Part shown: positions 1 through 12,200 of the stretch, one piece after another
How the letters are laid out: every line of letters begins with the position of its first letter
Numbering within the stretch: the stretch's first letter is position 1
Source: a virus
Taxonomy: Duplodnaviria > Caudoviricetes
Reading direction: 5' to 3' (one strand)
Length of the DNA: 64,000 nt
Virus record (IMG/VR): IMGVR_UViG_3300032232_001415
Location: 90,653 to 154,652 of that record
Notes under the pieces: model-generated
What the model was told of the DNA's origin: nothing
Seen by the model: only the letters and a program-made list of their open reading frames with translations
Databases searched by the model: none
Translations under genes and position numbers: made by a program

Positions 1-3000
1 ATCAAAATCTGTAGATGAATCATCTTGTGTTGATACTATATTACTATTAGTTCCTATAGTTAATAAATTATAGTTATTATTAAATCTTAATTTACTATTA
101 CCACTTAATGATGCACTGTTATTATTAAAAGCTATAGAGTTAGGACCAATTTGCCTATTAATAAATTGTCCATTATTATCTATTGATAAAATACCACCAG
201 TTAATGATACCGGGCCTCTCAATGATTCTGTAATATTAAATCCTTCTGTGGTTCCACTATATGAAACTATATTATAGAAATTGACTTTTTCATTTTCTGG
301 AGTAACATCAGCATGCATCACTCTTATCGCTTGTGCTCCTCCTGATCCCCAAATAGTAAAGGGCATTGTGGCAGCATCTGTTCCTTTTGAAGCATTTATT
401 GTAAAACCAAAATCATTATCTGTAGGATCTTGTATAATAAAAATATTATCATATAAATTAAGTCCATCATTATTTGGCATATATTTAATAGAGTTTATGC
501 CACTACCAGCTTTATTATTAATTTTTACTAGTATTCCATTATTTGTGCCAGATAATTTAACAGGCAGCTGCCATGTGCCTTCTCCGTCAGATCCTGCTGT
601 TAATACATGGTCAGCAGTTGTTGATGATCCGAGTCTTATGCGAGATGTTGTTGTTAATCCATTAATATCTAGTGTTGAATCTGGTGATGTTTTATTAATT
701 CCGACTCTACTATTTGTTAGATCATGATGCTCCATAATATTACCAGCAGTATTCATAACAAATAATGCTGTTTGAGCAGTGCCGCTGTTAATAACCACCT
801 TAGTATTATCTATAACTAATTTGTGTAGATTAGATGGTCCTATAACAACAGAATAGTCATTGTTATTGGGTATAGAGATATTATTTCCAATAATTACCGA
901 TCCTATACCAGATGATATATTATTATTTCCAATAATAATTCCACTATTATATAATACAGAATTAGAATTACCCAAAGCAATATTGTCTAATCCATAAATT
1001 TTACTATCTCTACTAATAGGATATATAACCCCACTATATACATTATTACCTAGAATATTATCATCAAAAGTACTGTTAATAGCTAATGGTTTTCCTGATG
1101 GTATAGATCCAAAAGTAACATCTGATAGATCTAATAGGGTATAATCTCCATCATTAGAGTATTCTTGAACATTAGTTATTGTGGTAATAAATGTGGCATT
1201 TTTATTTGTTGGACTTCTTAATTGTACTAAAGCCGTATCGCTAACAATATAATTTAGATTATGAGAATTAACTCTTATTCTGCTTTGAGCCAAGTCTGGT
1301 ACTGTGAAATTATTAATCTTCGATCCTAGTTTATTATTTCGCCCAAATACTAAACCAGATTGTCCATATACGCTATTAGAATTACCAACAACTATTCCAT
1401 TGATAACATAAGAATTATTTCCAACAACAATAGATCCGCTACCAAAAATTTCTGATGATTGAGAAGAATTATTTATACCTATAGAATTTGTTCCTAAAAC
1501 AACTGTTTTTTGACCAATGGCGACAGAATTATCAGATTCTATATAGTTAGAATTTCCAAGTACTGAAGATTTATCAGTATTAATAATTTTATTATAAGAA
1601 CCAACAACATTAATATTAGAACCAGAAATAGTATTCTTGTTTCCAATAAACAAATTAGAATTACTATATTTTGATAAATTATTGGTACCAATAGATATAG
1701 TATTTGTATTTATAGCATCATATGCTACAGGATTTCCAACAGCACTACCATAAGAGTCTATATAAACTCCTGTTTGATTATTTAGTGCGCCTATAATAAC
1801 ATTATTATTACTAGCATTTATTAATGAATTTCCGCTGCCCAATATGATATTATTATTAAGAGTTCCACTAGCATTATTAGAATTGCCAATAATTAATAAT
1901 ATAGAACCATCCTGAGTTTTATTATTTTGTCCTATTAATAAAAGATCAGTTAATGATCCATTACTAAGTTCATTCCTGGCTCCTAATATAACTGTATTAT
2001 CTAATCCATCCGATGTGGCATTATCAAACCCGATTAATATAACATTAGAAGTATCTGCTAAACTAATATCATTACTAATTAAAACTCCATTAGAAATATT
2101 ATTAATATCATTCATTGATCCTATAGATATTAGACTATTTCCACTAGCATTTACAAAATTACCATATATTAAATTTTCATTCCCTGATGATGTAACACTA
2201 GAACCAAAAACTGCATTATTATGTCCTTTTAAATTAGTATTATTTCCTATATGTATATTATGATTACCAGAACTATCAGAATTAGATCCTATGAATATGC
2301 CGGATAATCCTCTGATAGTACTATTTTTAGAAAGTCCAAAAGAATCTGATGTACTTAGAGTGGTATTGTCTATTAGAAAAATATTATTGATACCAGTAAC
2401 ATAGGAATTAGTTCCATATAATAAATTATTATTTCCAGTTACAGCATTTGAGAAACCTATAACTGCTAATCCACTACCATTTAATAAAGAATCATTAGAA
2501 ATTGAGATTATTTTTGGTCCAGTTAATCTATTATTATTACCAACAGAAATACTATTATTTATAGATACTCCAGTATTATTAGATCCTACTAGAGAAAATA
2601 ATACTCCGGTAGCAGTATTTTTTTGACCAACTATAGAGTATTGAACGCTTCCTGATGATTTATTATCTCCTCCTAAAATAATATTAGATAGATTACCAAC
2701 AAATATTTCTTTGCTTATTCCAGTATTATCAACCAAGAATTGAATTTCTCCACTAGTTTGTCCACCTTTCCAGTCTAAAATTCTTGATCTAATTTGAGCA
2801 TAAGGTATTTCTCTATAACTATTGTCTCTTCCAGCAAGAGTTATAATTGCCGGATAACTTCCTGATACTGGAGTTGTTTGTGGATTATGAACTAATAATA
2901 AAGTAACTCCTGTTGGACAATTAGTTATACTTTCCACAATCATACCATCTTTTGCACAGGGGGCGACAACATGAAGAACAGCGTCTGGAACACCTGTTCC

Positions 3001-3192
3001 TATTCCTAATCTACCATAAGCGGAATCAAAGTATACTTGGGCGCGATTTCCTGTTCCATAAATACCAAATGAGCCGCTAAGTGAAATTTCTCCACCAGAT
3101 AATGGATTAATAATATTAGTTCTAATTCCACTATTAAAAGTTATGATTCCACTAATAGTTTGATCACCACTTGTATAAACGATATCAGGCAT
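1..3192 (-). CDS. Fibre/adhesin protein with YadA-head-like beta-roll repeats (3' end runs off the window, at least 1064 aa)
   Basis: Not in the ORF track, consistent with no stop inside the window; spot-checked codons at both ends are open. ATG at 3190-3192 with AAGAGG upstream. Reads MPDIVYTSGDQTISGIITF...RLGIGTGVPDAVLHV, then many xxIGxxN repeats and RVGINKTSPDSTLDING, all typical of phage fibres. Confidence 0.8.
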   Translation of the reverse strand, partial: MPDIVYTSGDQTISGIITFNSGIRTNIINPLSGGEISLSGSFGIYGTGNRAQVYFDSAYGRLGIGTGVPDAVLHVVAPCAKDGMIVESITNCPTGVTLLLVHNPQTTPVSGSYPAIITLAGRDNSYREIPYAQIRSRILDWKGGQTSGEIQFLVDNTGISKEIFVGNLSNIILGGDNKSSGSVQYSIVGQKNTATGVLFSLVGSNNTGVSINNSISVGNNNRLTGPKIISISNDSLLNGSGLAVIGFSNAVTGNNNLLYGTNSYVTGINNIFLIDNTTLSTSDSFGLSKNSTIRGLSGIFIGSNSDSSGNHNIHIGNNTNLKGHNNAVFGSSVTSSGNENLIYGNFVNASGNSLISIGSMNDINNISNGVLISNDISLADTSNVILIGFDNATSDGLDNTVILGARNELSNGSLTDLLLIGQNNKTQDGSILLIIGNSNNASGTLNNNIILGSGNSLINASNNNVIIGALNNQTGVYIDSYGSAVGNPVAYDAINTNTISIGTNNLSKYSNSNLFIGNKNTISGSNINVVGSYNKIINTDKSSVLGNSNYIESDNSVAIGQKTVVLGTNSIGINNSSQSSEIFGSGSIVVGNNSYVINGIVVGNSNSVYGQSGLVFGRNNKLGSKINNFTVPDLAQSRIRVNSHNLNYIVSDTALVQLRSPTNKNATFITTITNVQEYSNDGDYTLLDLSDVTFGSIPSGKPLAINSTFDDNILGNNVYSGVIYPISRDSKIYGLDNIALGNSNSVLYNSGIIIGNNNISSGIGSVIIGNNISIPNNNDYSVVIGPSNLHKLVIDNTKVVINSGTAQTALFVMNTAGNIMEHHDLTNSRVGINKTSPDSTLDINGLTTTSRIRLGSSTTADHVLTAGSDGEGTWQLPVKLSGTNNGILVKINNKAGSGINSIKYMPNNDGLNLYDNIFIIQDPTDNDFGFTINASKGTDAATMPFTIWGSGGAQAIRVMHADVTPENEKVNFYNIVSYSGTTEGFNITESLRGPVSLTGGILSIDNNGQFINRQIGPNSIAFNNNSASLSGNSKLRFNNNYNLLTIGTNSNIVSTQDDSSTDFD

Positions 3193-3225
3193 TATTAACC
3201 TCTTTTATAAAAAAATGTATATTAT

Positions 3226-6200
3226 TTAATTAATACTAATACCACCCTCAGTACTTGCTCTTAATTTATCAAACGCATTTTTAACACTATCTCTGACTAA
3301 ATCTCCTATCGGTCCCTGTAATATATTCTGTAATGCTGATGCTCCATTAATAACTACTTCTACTTTATGAGTACCTTCTACATTAATTATTGGTGGTAAA
3401 TTAATTTTTTGTAATTCTGATACAAAATTATTAAATTTATCAGTAAATTGGCTCAATCCATCTAGTCCAATATTATTTGGTGCTCCATTATTAGATACAC
3501 TATTTCCAGTAGTCGCACCACCAGAAACTATCTGTCTTTGATAGTCTTGTAACGCTTTAGTTGCTACTGTTATAGCATTATTAAAATCTCTAGAAGATTG
3601 TGTTAATGTTGTCAATATTTGACCAAATTCAGGAGAATCATTCTTTGTGGTATTCTGACTATTAGTTAAAGAAGGTGCCATATAACCAAGGTTAGCGTTA
3701 TAATTTCTCATAGTGTTATATGTTAGTGGATCTCTATCCTGAATAGAACTTAGTCTGCTTTGAAGACCACTTGGAAGAGAACGTCCGCTATCTTCATATT
3801 TTCTAGCAGAGACAAGGGATCTCATATCTTTATCTTCTCGATATGATCGTCTTCTTCTTTCCATTTCGTCTTGATATGCTTTTCTCTTTCTTTCTGCTTC
3901 TTCTTTGTATACTTCTCCGCCAGTAGCATACGCCCCAGCATTGATGCTCTTTAATAATGGTAGGTGTTTCTGAGTAGATTCTCTGTTTACTACAAATTCG
4001 CCCGGAGTTAACATGGCCGGAACAGTATCTGTGCCTTTTGGTTGATATGGAACTAACGTTCCAGCAGAAGCATATACTATGCCTCCTCTCTTATATCCCA
4101 TAGATTTCATTATTAGTTTTAAGGTATTATCATATAAATTATTAAAATCATTAATATTTACTGTGTCGGCATCATTATACATTGCTCTGTCTATATCTTG
4201 TTGACTAGATCCTTTAATCAAATCCATAAATTGAACCATATTGGTAAATACTTCCATACCGGGCATTTGTGTTTGATATAAGGTGTCGTGGCCAGTACGG
4301 CCTCTATGTAATTTTTGAACTAATGACCAACCAGCTTTGTTAGTTAAATAATTATTCACATCAGCAGAAATATCAGTTTTCTTGCCGTATCCATCACTAA
4401 TTTTTCCTTCATACATATCTTGCGTATATCCCATTCCTCCTCTAGTGCTAATGTCTTGTAGGGCGTGTGCCATTTCATGTTGAACTACTCCTTTTTGTAT
4501 CTGTTCTTTGTTGAACATCATCCCATTATCTGTTTCTGGCAGACCCCTTTTTTCAGCACCAGCTCTGCCCATAAATCTTCCACGACCCCACTCAGACTCA
4601 GGAAATTCTTTTAAATCAACCCCATAATTTAATGATCCTCCAAAACCAATACGGTTTTTATGCTTATTTTCTCCACTTTTAGACTTACTAATCAATTTTT
4701 TTGCACCCTCTGGGCTACTAGTATATGGTAGTAGCTTTTGAATGAATTCTTCTCTCGCAGCTATCATCGTATCAAAATCCGTTACGTTTATTTTAGCATA
4801 TTGTCCTGCTCCCGCGAAGGTTGATTCCTGTCGATTCGGTCTAGGAGGCGGAGTATTAACAGCAGGATCACGAGGCCCCATTGTTTCGTGGGGCAAGCTC
4901 TCTGTTTTTGGATTTAATCTTTTTACGCCAGCTTCAGGATCCAGAGATCCAATTTCTGGATCCAATATATTTTGTTTAGGTCTTAGTGACTTATTTAGTA
5001 TGTCTGGTAGTTTTCTATTTTGCGGATCTAACTCATTTGCTTGTAATAGTCCATCTTTGTTGATATCCCAAAATTTAAAAATAACAGAAAGTTCATCTTT
5101 GGTTAAATATCCATCTTTTAAGCGAGTTAGATTAGTATCACTATCAATCATGAATCCCATAATAAAGTCGGTTTTATCATATCCTTTGAATTCCTCCTTC
5201 CTTCTTTGGGTCTGTGTTTGGGCAGACCTGAACACGTTATCAAAAGATGCTTGAGTCTTTGACATCCCCTCAGGAGTATATAATTTTTCATCTCTTATTC
5301 TTTTTAATGCTTCAATATTGTTTGGAAGTTTTGCATATTCTCCCTTCCATCTTCCATCATAACCGGATCCGCGGTCTTTGCCAAATAGGCCCTCGCCACC
5401 GCCATTTGGTTTTGGGCCCAAAATATTTACTTTTAACTCACTTATAGCTTCTCTTCTTTCAGCTATTTCTTTTTTTCTTAGCTCTTTCTCCATTCTTCGT
5501 TTTTCTATTCCTTCTCTTTTTGGTCTTTCTGCTTCCCATTTCGCGCGTTCTCTGATGTCTCTATCAATTTTTTCTCTAAGAGCCATATCATCAGACGAAA
5601 GTCCTCCATTTTGTAAATAATTAACCATTCCACCATATTGTTTTGACTGTGGTGTTAAATGAGGTAAAGGGGGAGGTAATTGTGGAGTATTTCTTCTTCT
5701 TGTTTTCTCGGCTTCGCTATCAAATTTATTATTTACCGGAATTTGACTATACTGAAAACGCTTGTATTCTTCTATCATATCTAGAGCAAATTTAATTTGC
5801 TCATATTCTTCTTTGTCTATCGCAGCATCTTTGCGCTGTTTTTTACCTTCCAAATAACCAGATGCTCGTAATCTTTGCTGTAGTTCGGACATTGCTCGAT
5901 TACCTGTAGGAGCTAATTCAGCATTTAATTGTTTTCTTAGTCTATCAAGCATTGCTGCTTTTTGTTTTTCTTCTTGTACTTTTTCTCCTTGTATTCTTCT
6001 GTCATTTAAAGCTTTAGCTCTGGGGCTTTTAAATGGAATATAAGATCCTTCTTGAGCATAAACAATACCACCCTTATATAATGACATATAATCTTCTGGA
6101 AGAGTTATTGGCTTTTCTAAAGTTTTCTGGACTCTTCTGGTAAGATCGAATTCTTCTTTATCTAAAGCTTCCATTCGTCGCTTCATATGAGGAGCATCTT

Positions 6201-9200
6201 TATCAACGTGTCCATTATCAATCATTCTTTGATACTCTGCTCTTCTAGCTTTATAAATTTCTCTTATTAAATCTAGTGGTCTATCATGAAATTTATCTTG
6301 TGAATCTCTGGTAGCAGCATATTCTCTACGTCCTGATGTCATTATGTCAGACAGTTGTCTACTAGCCAAACTAGTCTTTAAATCTGGAGTTAATTCATCA
6401 ACAGACAATGTCCTTGATTTTTCGGCAACTTCTGGCGGGAATAAAAATTCATGCTGTTTCATTCTGCTATGCTGGGCTAGTGGATCTTTTTTCATTGAAG
6501 CATGAGACAGTCTGTATCTTTCTGCTTCTTTTATGGGCATTTCTAACATTCTTAGTTGTAAACTCAGCTTGTCTAAATCTGTTAAATCATCTGAATCTTG
6601 GGTTTGTGATCTTGATTGAGCATAAAATCTTAATGCTTTTGGAGCTTCACTCTCATCCATTGGGAAGAACCATCTTCTTCTGTTCGCTAAAATACCTCCT
6701 GGTTGTTCTGATAATGTTTGACTGTACTCTGATGAGCCTTTTTTGTCGCTTGGATTAGACGCTTCAACTCTCAAGAATCTAACAACTTCATCCAGTTTTG
6801 TATGTTGACCAGCGTATGGATACATTTTTTCATATCCTGGCTTAACACGCATATTAAGAGATCTAATTTGATCAGCAGTAGAGTATTGTATTGATGGCTC
6901 GTCTATATTAGACTGTCTTCTATTTCTTCCTATGGGGGATCCTTTTTGTCTAAGATTTGATCCAACGGAGGCTAATTGAAGCATATCTTCAGCAACTTGT
7001 AATCTTCCATGAAAAGATCCTAATTGTTGACTTTCGTGGAATGGACTAAGAACCCTGTTTGGTCCTTTACCCTGAGCATGTATCGATGGTATTCCTTGTT
7101 TATCTACTACTGTCTTTGTCATAGCATCATACCAACCATTATATTTTCCACTATTTTTTCCACTATCTAACCATGTTGTATAGTTGGGTGCGAAAGGTCT
7201 CTGGTCTTGTTTATTTATAGATGGCGATTCGGTTCCTTCTGTAATCTTAACATTTTCACTATGATAATATGGTTTTCCGCCTTTTTGTAAATAATTAACC
7301 ATTCCGCCTTTCTTGAATCCATAAGCTTTCATAACTTTTTTTAACATTTCTTGAGCCAAAGCATTTTGTCCAAATTTTGGATGATCCATTTTTTCAATCA
7401 GGCTAGTAAATAATTCATTTGGCTTAGCCCAAATATCATCAGAACTATAATCTTTTTGACCAGAATAAAGATCTGGCCAACCTTTTGGATCATATAGAAA
7501 ATCTTTAATATCATTTTTTATGACGCCTAACTTTCCTGCTTTGTATTGTGTTAAAGAATCTGTGCTGCGAAAAGTATGAGCACCACTAGAATGTTGTATA
7601 GCATGACCCATCTCATGTTGAACCATAGCTTCTGTGCTATTTCTATCTTTAAAAGCAAGGTGTGTTCCCCTGGGATCTAAAGTATTTGTTGTAGCTTCAC
7701 CCATCGCTGTAGGATGACCAATAGCACCTGGACCCCAAGATGTTGATCTAATTCCAAAGTCTTGTTTTCTAAGAGCTAGTAATCTAGCTACTCCTTTCGG
7801 ACCACTAGTATATGGCATTAATCTTGAGACGAGATCATTAGCAGATGCATGCATTTGATCAGAATTACTAACATCAATTAATTTTCTATTGCCATAAGTT
7901 TCGGTATTTTGAGGATCCTGATCATATTTTTGTTCAGAAGGTTGCATATCGCCAGGAAGTTGCATACCGCCAGGAAGTTGCATACCGCCAGGAAGTTGAC
8001 TATTACGACTACCGCCACCAACAGGTCGGTAGTTACCATTGGCTCCTGGAAGAGTAAACCCTCCATCTTGTAGATAAGCAACTAATCCTCCCAAACTCTT
8101 ATTTTGCGGTTTCATACCAGCAGCAGCTCTGTCTTTATCATTTGCAAAACGACCAAAAGATTTCTTATCAAGAAGCAATGGTCTACCATCTGGTCTAATA
8201 ATTCTAATATCACCATCAGATGTTACACTATCAAAACGACCCATAATAGATTCTTCTTCCTTACCATCATTATTTAAGTCCCATTTTTTATCACCATACC
8301 AAACTCTTTCGCCAAAAGCCAAGTTCGGCATTTCTCCTCTTCCAACAGAGCCAGATAAATATGGATACTTTTCTGCTTGTTTTTGTTTCATATCTCTTCC
8401 AGCTTTGCCAGATAAATATGGATATTTATCATCAAAATTAGGAGCACTAACCGGTGGCTTCGGAGCAGGAGTTGGTGACGGTTTTGATGGAGCACTAACC
8501 GGTGGCTTCGGAGCAGGAGTTGGCGACGGTTTTGATGGAGCACTAACCGGTGGCTTCGGAGCAGGAGTTGGCGACGGTTTTGTGTTAGTGCCAGTTGTAG
8601 GCGTGGGCGACCCCCCAATACTGCCCCATTTTACAGTATCTCTGATCGTTAAATCATCCGGCCCTCTGCCAGTTTTGGATAAATCCACCGGCTGAGATCT
8701 TCTATCTTTATCTTGTTGTTCTTTGATAGGTTGCTCTTTTAAGAATTTATTTCTGGCTTCTATTTGCTGTTTGAGCAACATTAATCTTTGCTTCAAACTT
8801 AAGTTTTCTGGATCCGGATAGCGACCAGACAATATTTCATCTAGGGTGGGACGTCTTCCTTTTAAGAAATCTCCATCTTTATCTCTTGGCATATTATCAG
8901 CAGAAGATTCTCCAAAAAATCTTCTTTTTGCATTAATTCTATCTGTCTGTGCTTTTCTATCTTTTGTATTCCATGGATTATATTCTCCTGGACGCAATGG
9001 TCTGTCTTTACCGACACCCTGAACTTCATCAAGAAGTGACGTTACATTTTTACGAGCATAGGACTCATCATCTTGATGCATCATAGGTAGCCTATCCCAT
9101 GCTTGGGAATTCATTCTGTCTTTCATTATCTTAGCATATACTGTATCAACACCAATATTATTACCTTTTTTATCTGTTTTAAATAAATCTTGTCCTAAAA

Positions 9201-12200
9201 TAGAGCGGAATGTTTTTTCATACCATGTACTAACCACCGGTGCTGGGCCGTATGGTTTGGGACGAGGACCACCATACTTGTCCTCCAGATATCCTTGAGT
9301 AACAGTAGGCACCTTCAAACCCCATTGAGCATAAACTACTCCACCATTATTCAAATGTTTAACATCTCCTCCCTTACTACTATTAATAGCTTTTAATAAA
9401 GGAAGATGTTGAGAGGTAGATCGCGCATTAACAACAAATTCTCCGGGTGTAAGCATCGCGGGAACAGTATCCGTTCCCTTAGGTTCAAAATTAATTAATT
9501 TACCCGAACTAGCGTATACTACTCCGCCACTGCTAAAACCACTACTAGCAGCAACTTTATCTAATGTCTTTTTAGTATCAGATGTTGTTCCATTTATATT
9601 TTTTAATAATGGATTAGCATAGTTTTGGTTTTTAATATTATTATCATAAATTTTACTACTAGTATCTTTACTAGATATACTGTTTATTCTAGTATCAGAA
9701 ACTAGTTTCTTAACATCTTTTATTTCTTTCAAGGCATTTTGATTATTAATATTTTGAGAAAAATCTGATCTAATTTTAGATGATGCTAATCCTCCATCGG
9801 CCAAATAATTTACTGATCCACCTTTGTTTTTATTAATAGACTGCAATAGTGGAAGATTTTCTTTGGTTGCTCGTGCATTAACTACAAATTCTCCAGGAGT
9901 AAGCATAGCAGGAACAGTATCCGTGCCTTTTGGTTCAAAATTAATTAATCTACCAGAACTAGCATATATCACACCTCCATTACTAAAGTTACCAGCAACC
10001 ATTCCAGTAACAGTATTTGGAAATAAGAATTGAGCAGTTTGTTGGCTTACTCCAAGATTATTTAATCGGGCCGCTGAAGTATTTGCATCTTCTCCTCTTT
10101 TAATAAATCCTTTGTCAATCATTCTATTAATTAAATTCATTCTAAGATTAGCTTGTTGTGCTCTGGTAAGTGAACTTCCTCTGGCTGCGGCTTTTTCAAA
10201 ACTAGACATAGTAGCAAGAGACTTTACGGCCAATGCTTGTTGTTGTCTTTCTAATAATGGTCTTCTTTGAATAGCAATTGCTTTGTCTCTGGGATTAGCA
10301 AGCTGTGTTATTTCATCATTACTAAGTTTAAGTATCTTTTTATCTGTTGCGCTTATTGTTCCTTGCTGAGACATAACATCTGCCCAAGCGCTAAGCTGTC
10401 TATCATTAAATGGCATGAATATAGCTTGAGCAGTATCTGCACTCATATTGTAGTTTTTTACAAAATATTCAATATTATCCTTAGCCAAACCACCAATATT
10501 CCATTTATCCTGTAATCTTCTTAATACATTTTTTCTCCATCCTTCTGCTCTTCTCGGATCAGTTGGAGGATTCATCCCTGATATACCGGCCACTAATTTA
10601 AATCTTTGTAAACTTCTTCTTTCAGCTTGAGAAGCTTCTCTTCTGTCTCTCATTCTTCTGGCAGACTCTGCTCGCGCTTCATCTTTTTTATCTGCTTCTA
10701 TTTTAGCTTTTTCATCACTCTTAGCCTTATCATATTCGTCCCATTTTTGTTTTCTTTCTTCAGGACTAAGATCTTTAAATTTAGCATTAGTATCTACAAT
10801 CTGAGTATTTACTTCATTTATTTTTCTACCATAATATGTTTCTATCTCTTTGATTTTTTTTGCATGGTCTGCTCTTTTACGTTCTAATATGATAGCATTA
10901 TTTTCTTTAGAATATCTACCCTCAGGTTTAATATCTGATCCATATAATTCATAATCTGCCATAGTAAGAACGGAACCTTGATCATCCATCTTTCTTTGTA
11001 AGCTTGCTCTAGCTTCAGTCATTTGTTGTTGCAGATATGCTCTTTGTCTTGCAAGCTTATCTACTTCTTCTATTTTTTCTGGTATTATTGGTTTATTTAT
11101 ATATTGATCAGCTTGTTTTGCTACAGCGGATGGAATTCTAACATTATTATATGTAGAAACTAAAGAACTTCCCAGATTTAACAAATTTTGTCCAGCATTC
11201 TGTATTCCTTCAATTCCTTGATTAATATTTTGTTCTAATCCTGGTCTTTCATAAGTATTAAACATAAATGTTTCATTTGCTTTGTGAGCTCTTTCTTCTT
11301 CTTTTCTTTTTTGCTCACTTTTAATCTCTTGTTCTTTCTGAAGGACAATATAATCATTAGTTAGTCTTTCTAACTTAGCATCTTCATCAGTATATCCTGA
11401 TCCACCTAAATATGGATTTTGATGCACCGGTAATGATCCATTCATGAAAAGAGAATTTCTTTCTCCATTCTGATTATATATTTCTTCCTTAAAGTTTTTA
11501 TCAAGATATTTATCAACATAGCCGATTGGATTGTTACTACTTAATGCTTGATCTATTGTGGATTGAGATAATCCTTGTTCTTGAGCAAATCTTGTAAAGC
11601 GGATTTCAAAAGTTAAGGTGTCTGTATCATACTTGCCTATTTCATTTCTTGCTTTTTCAATATCTCTTTTTACTCTTGCTCGTCTACGTGCCCATCTAAT
11701 CGCGGTTGTTGTGAATCCTTGTGTCATTTGAAATTCGCGACCACTAGCTGTACCAATTTCAGCAGATGGTAGTCCATAATTTCTTCTTTCAGTTTCCTGT
11801 CTAAGTCTTTCGGCTTCCGCGCTAGCGGAGGCAGCGCCACCAATAGCTACTGATGTTCTTCCTACTGCTGCTGGTATTCCTCTTCCTGGTATCCATGTGC
11901 TAGGACGAGAAATGCTCATATCTGTACCAAAAACATTTCCAACAATATTGGTTCCAATATTTCCTTCTTCCATTTGTTGTCTGGTTTCTTCGTTTTTTGC
12001 TCTAATATATGCTGGAGTATCATATACTGCTGATCCTATTTCATAAGCTGACTGCACACCAATTTCCGTAAGAATCATAGCAGGACCTTGAGGGGCACGT
12101 AATGGTGCTGGAGCATTAGGCCATATCACAGATGGCCTAGTTACTGGCATATTAGCAGCTGGTATTGCTGCTCTAAGTCCTTGTCTTCCTCCGCTTCTAT

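Noticed and set aside
7941-8582. Tandem repeats as a possible CRISPR array
   Set aside because: No unique spacers; unit lengths are multiples of three and code in frame.
7878-8618. Alternative-frame minus ORFs 7878..8081 and 8388..8618 with repeats
   Set aside because: Out-of-frame readings of the 18-bp and 48-bp tandem repeats inside the TMP gene.
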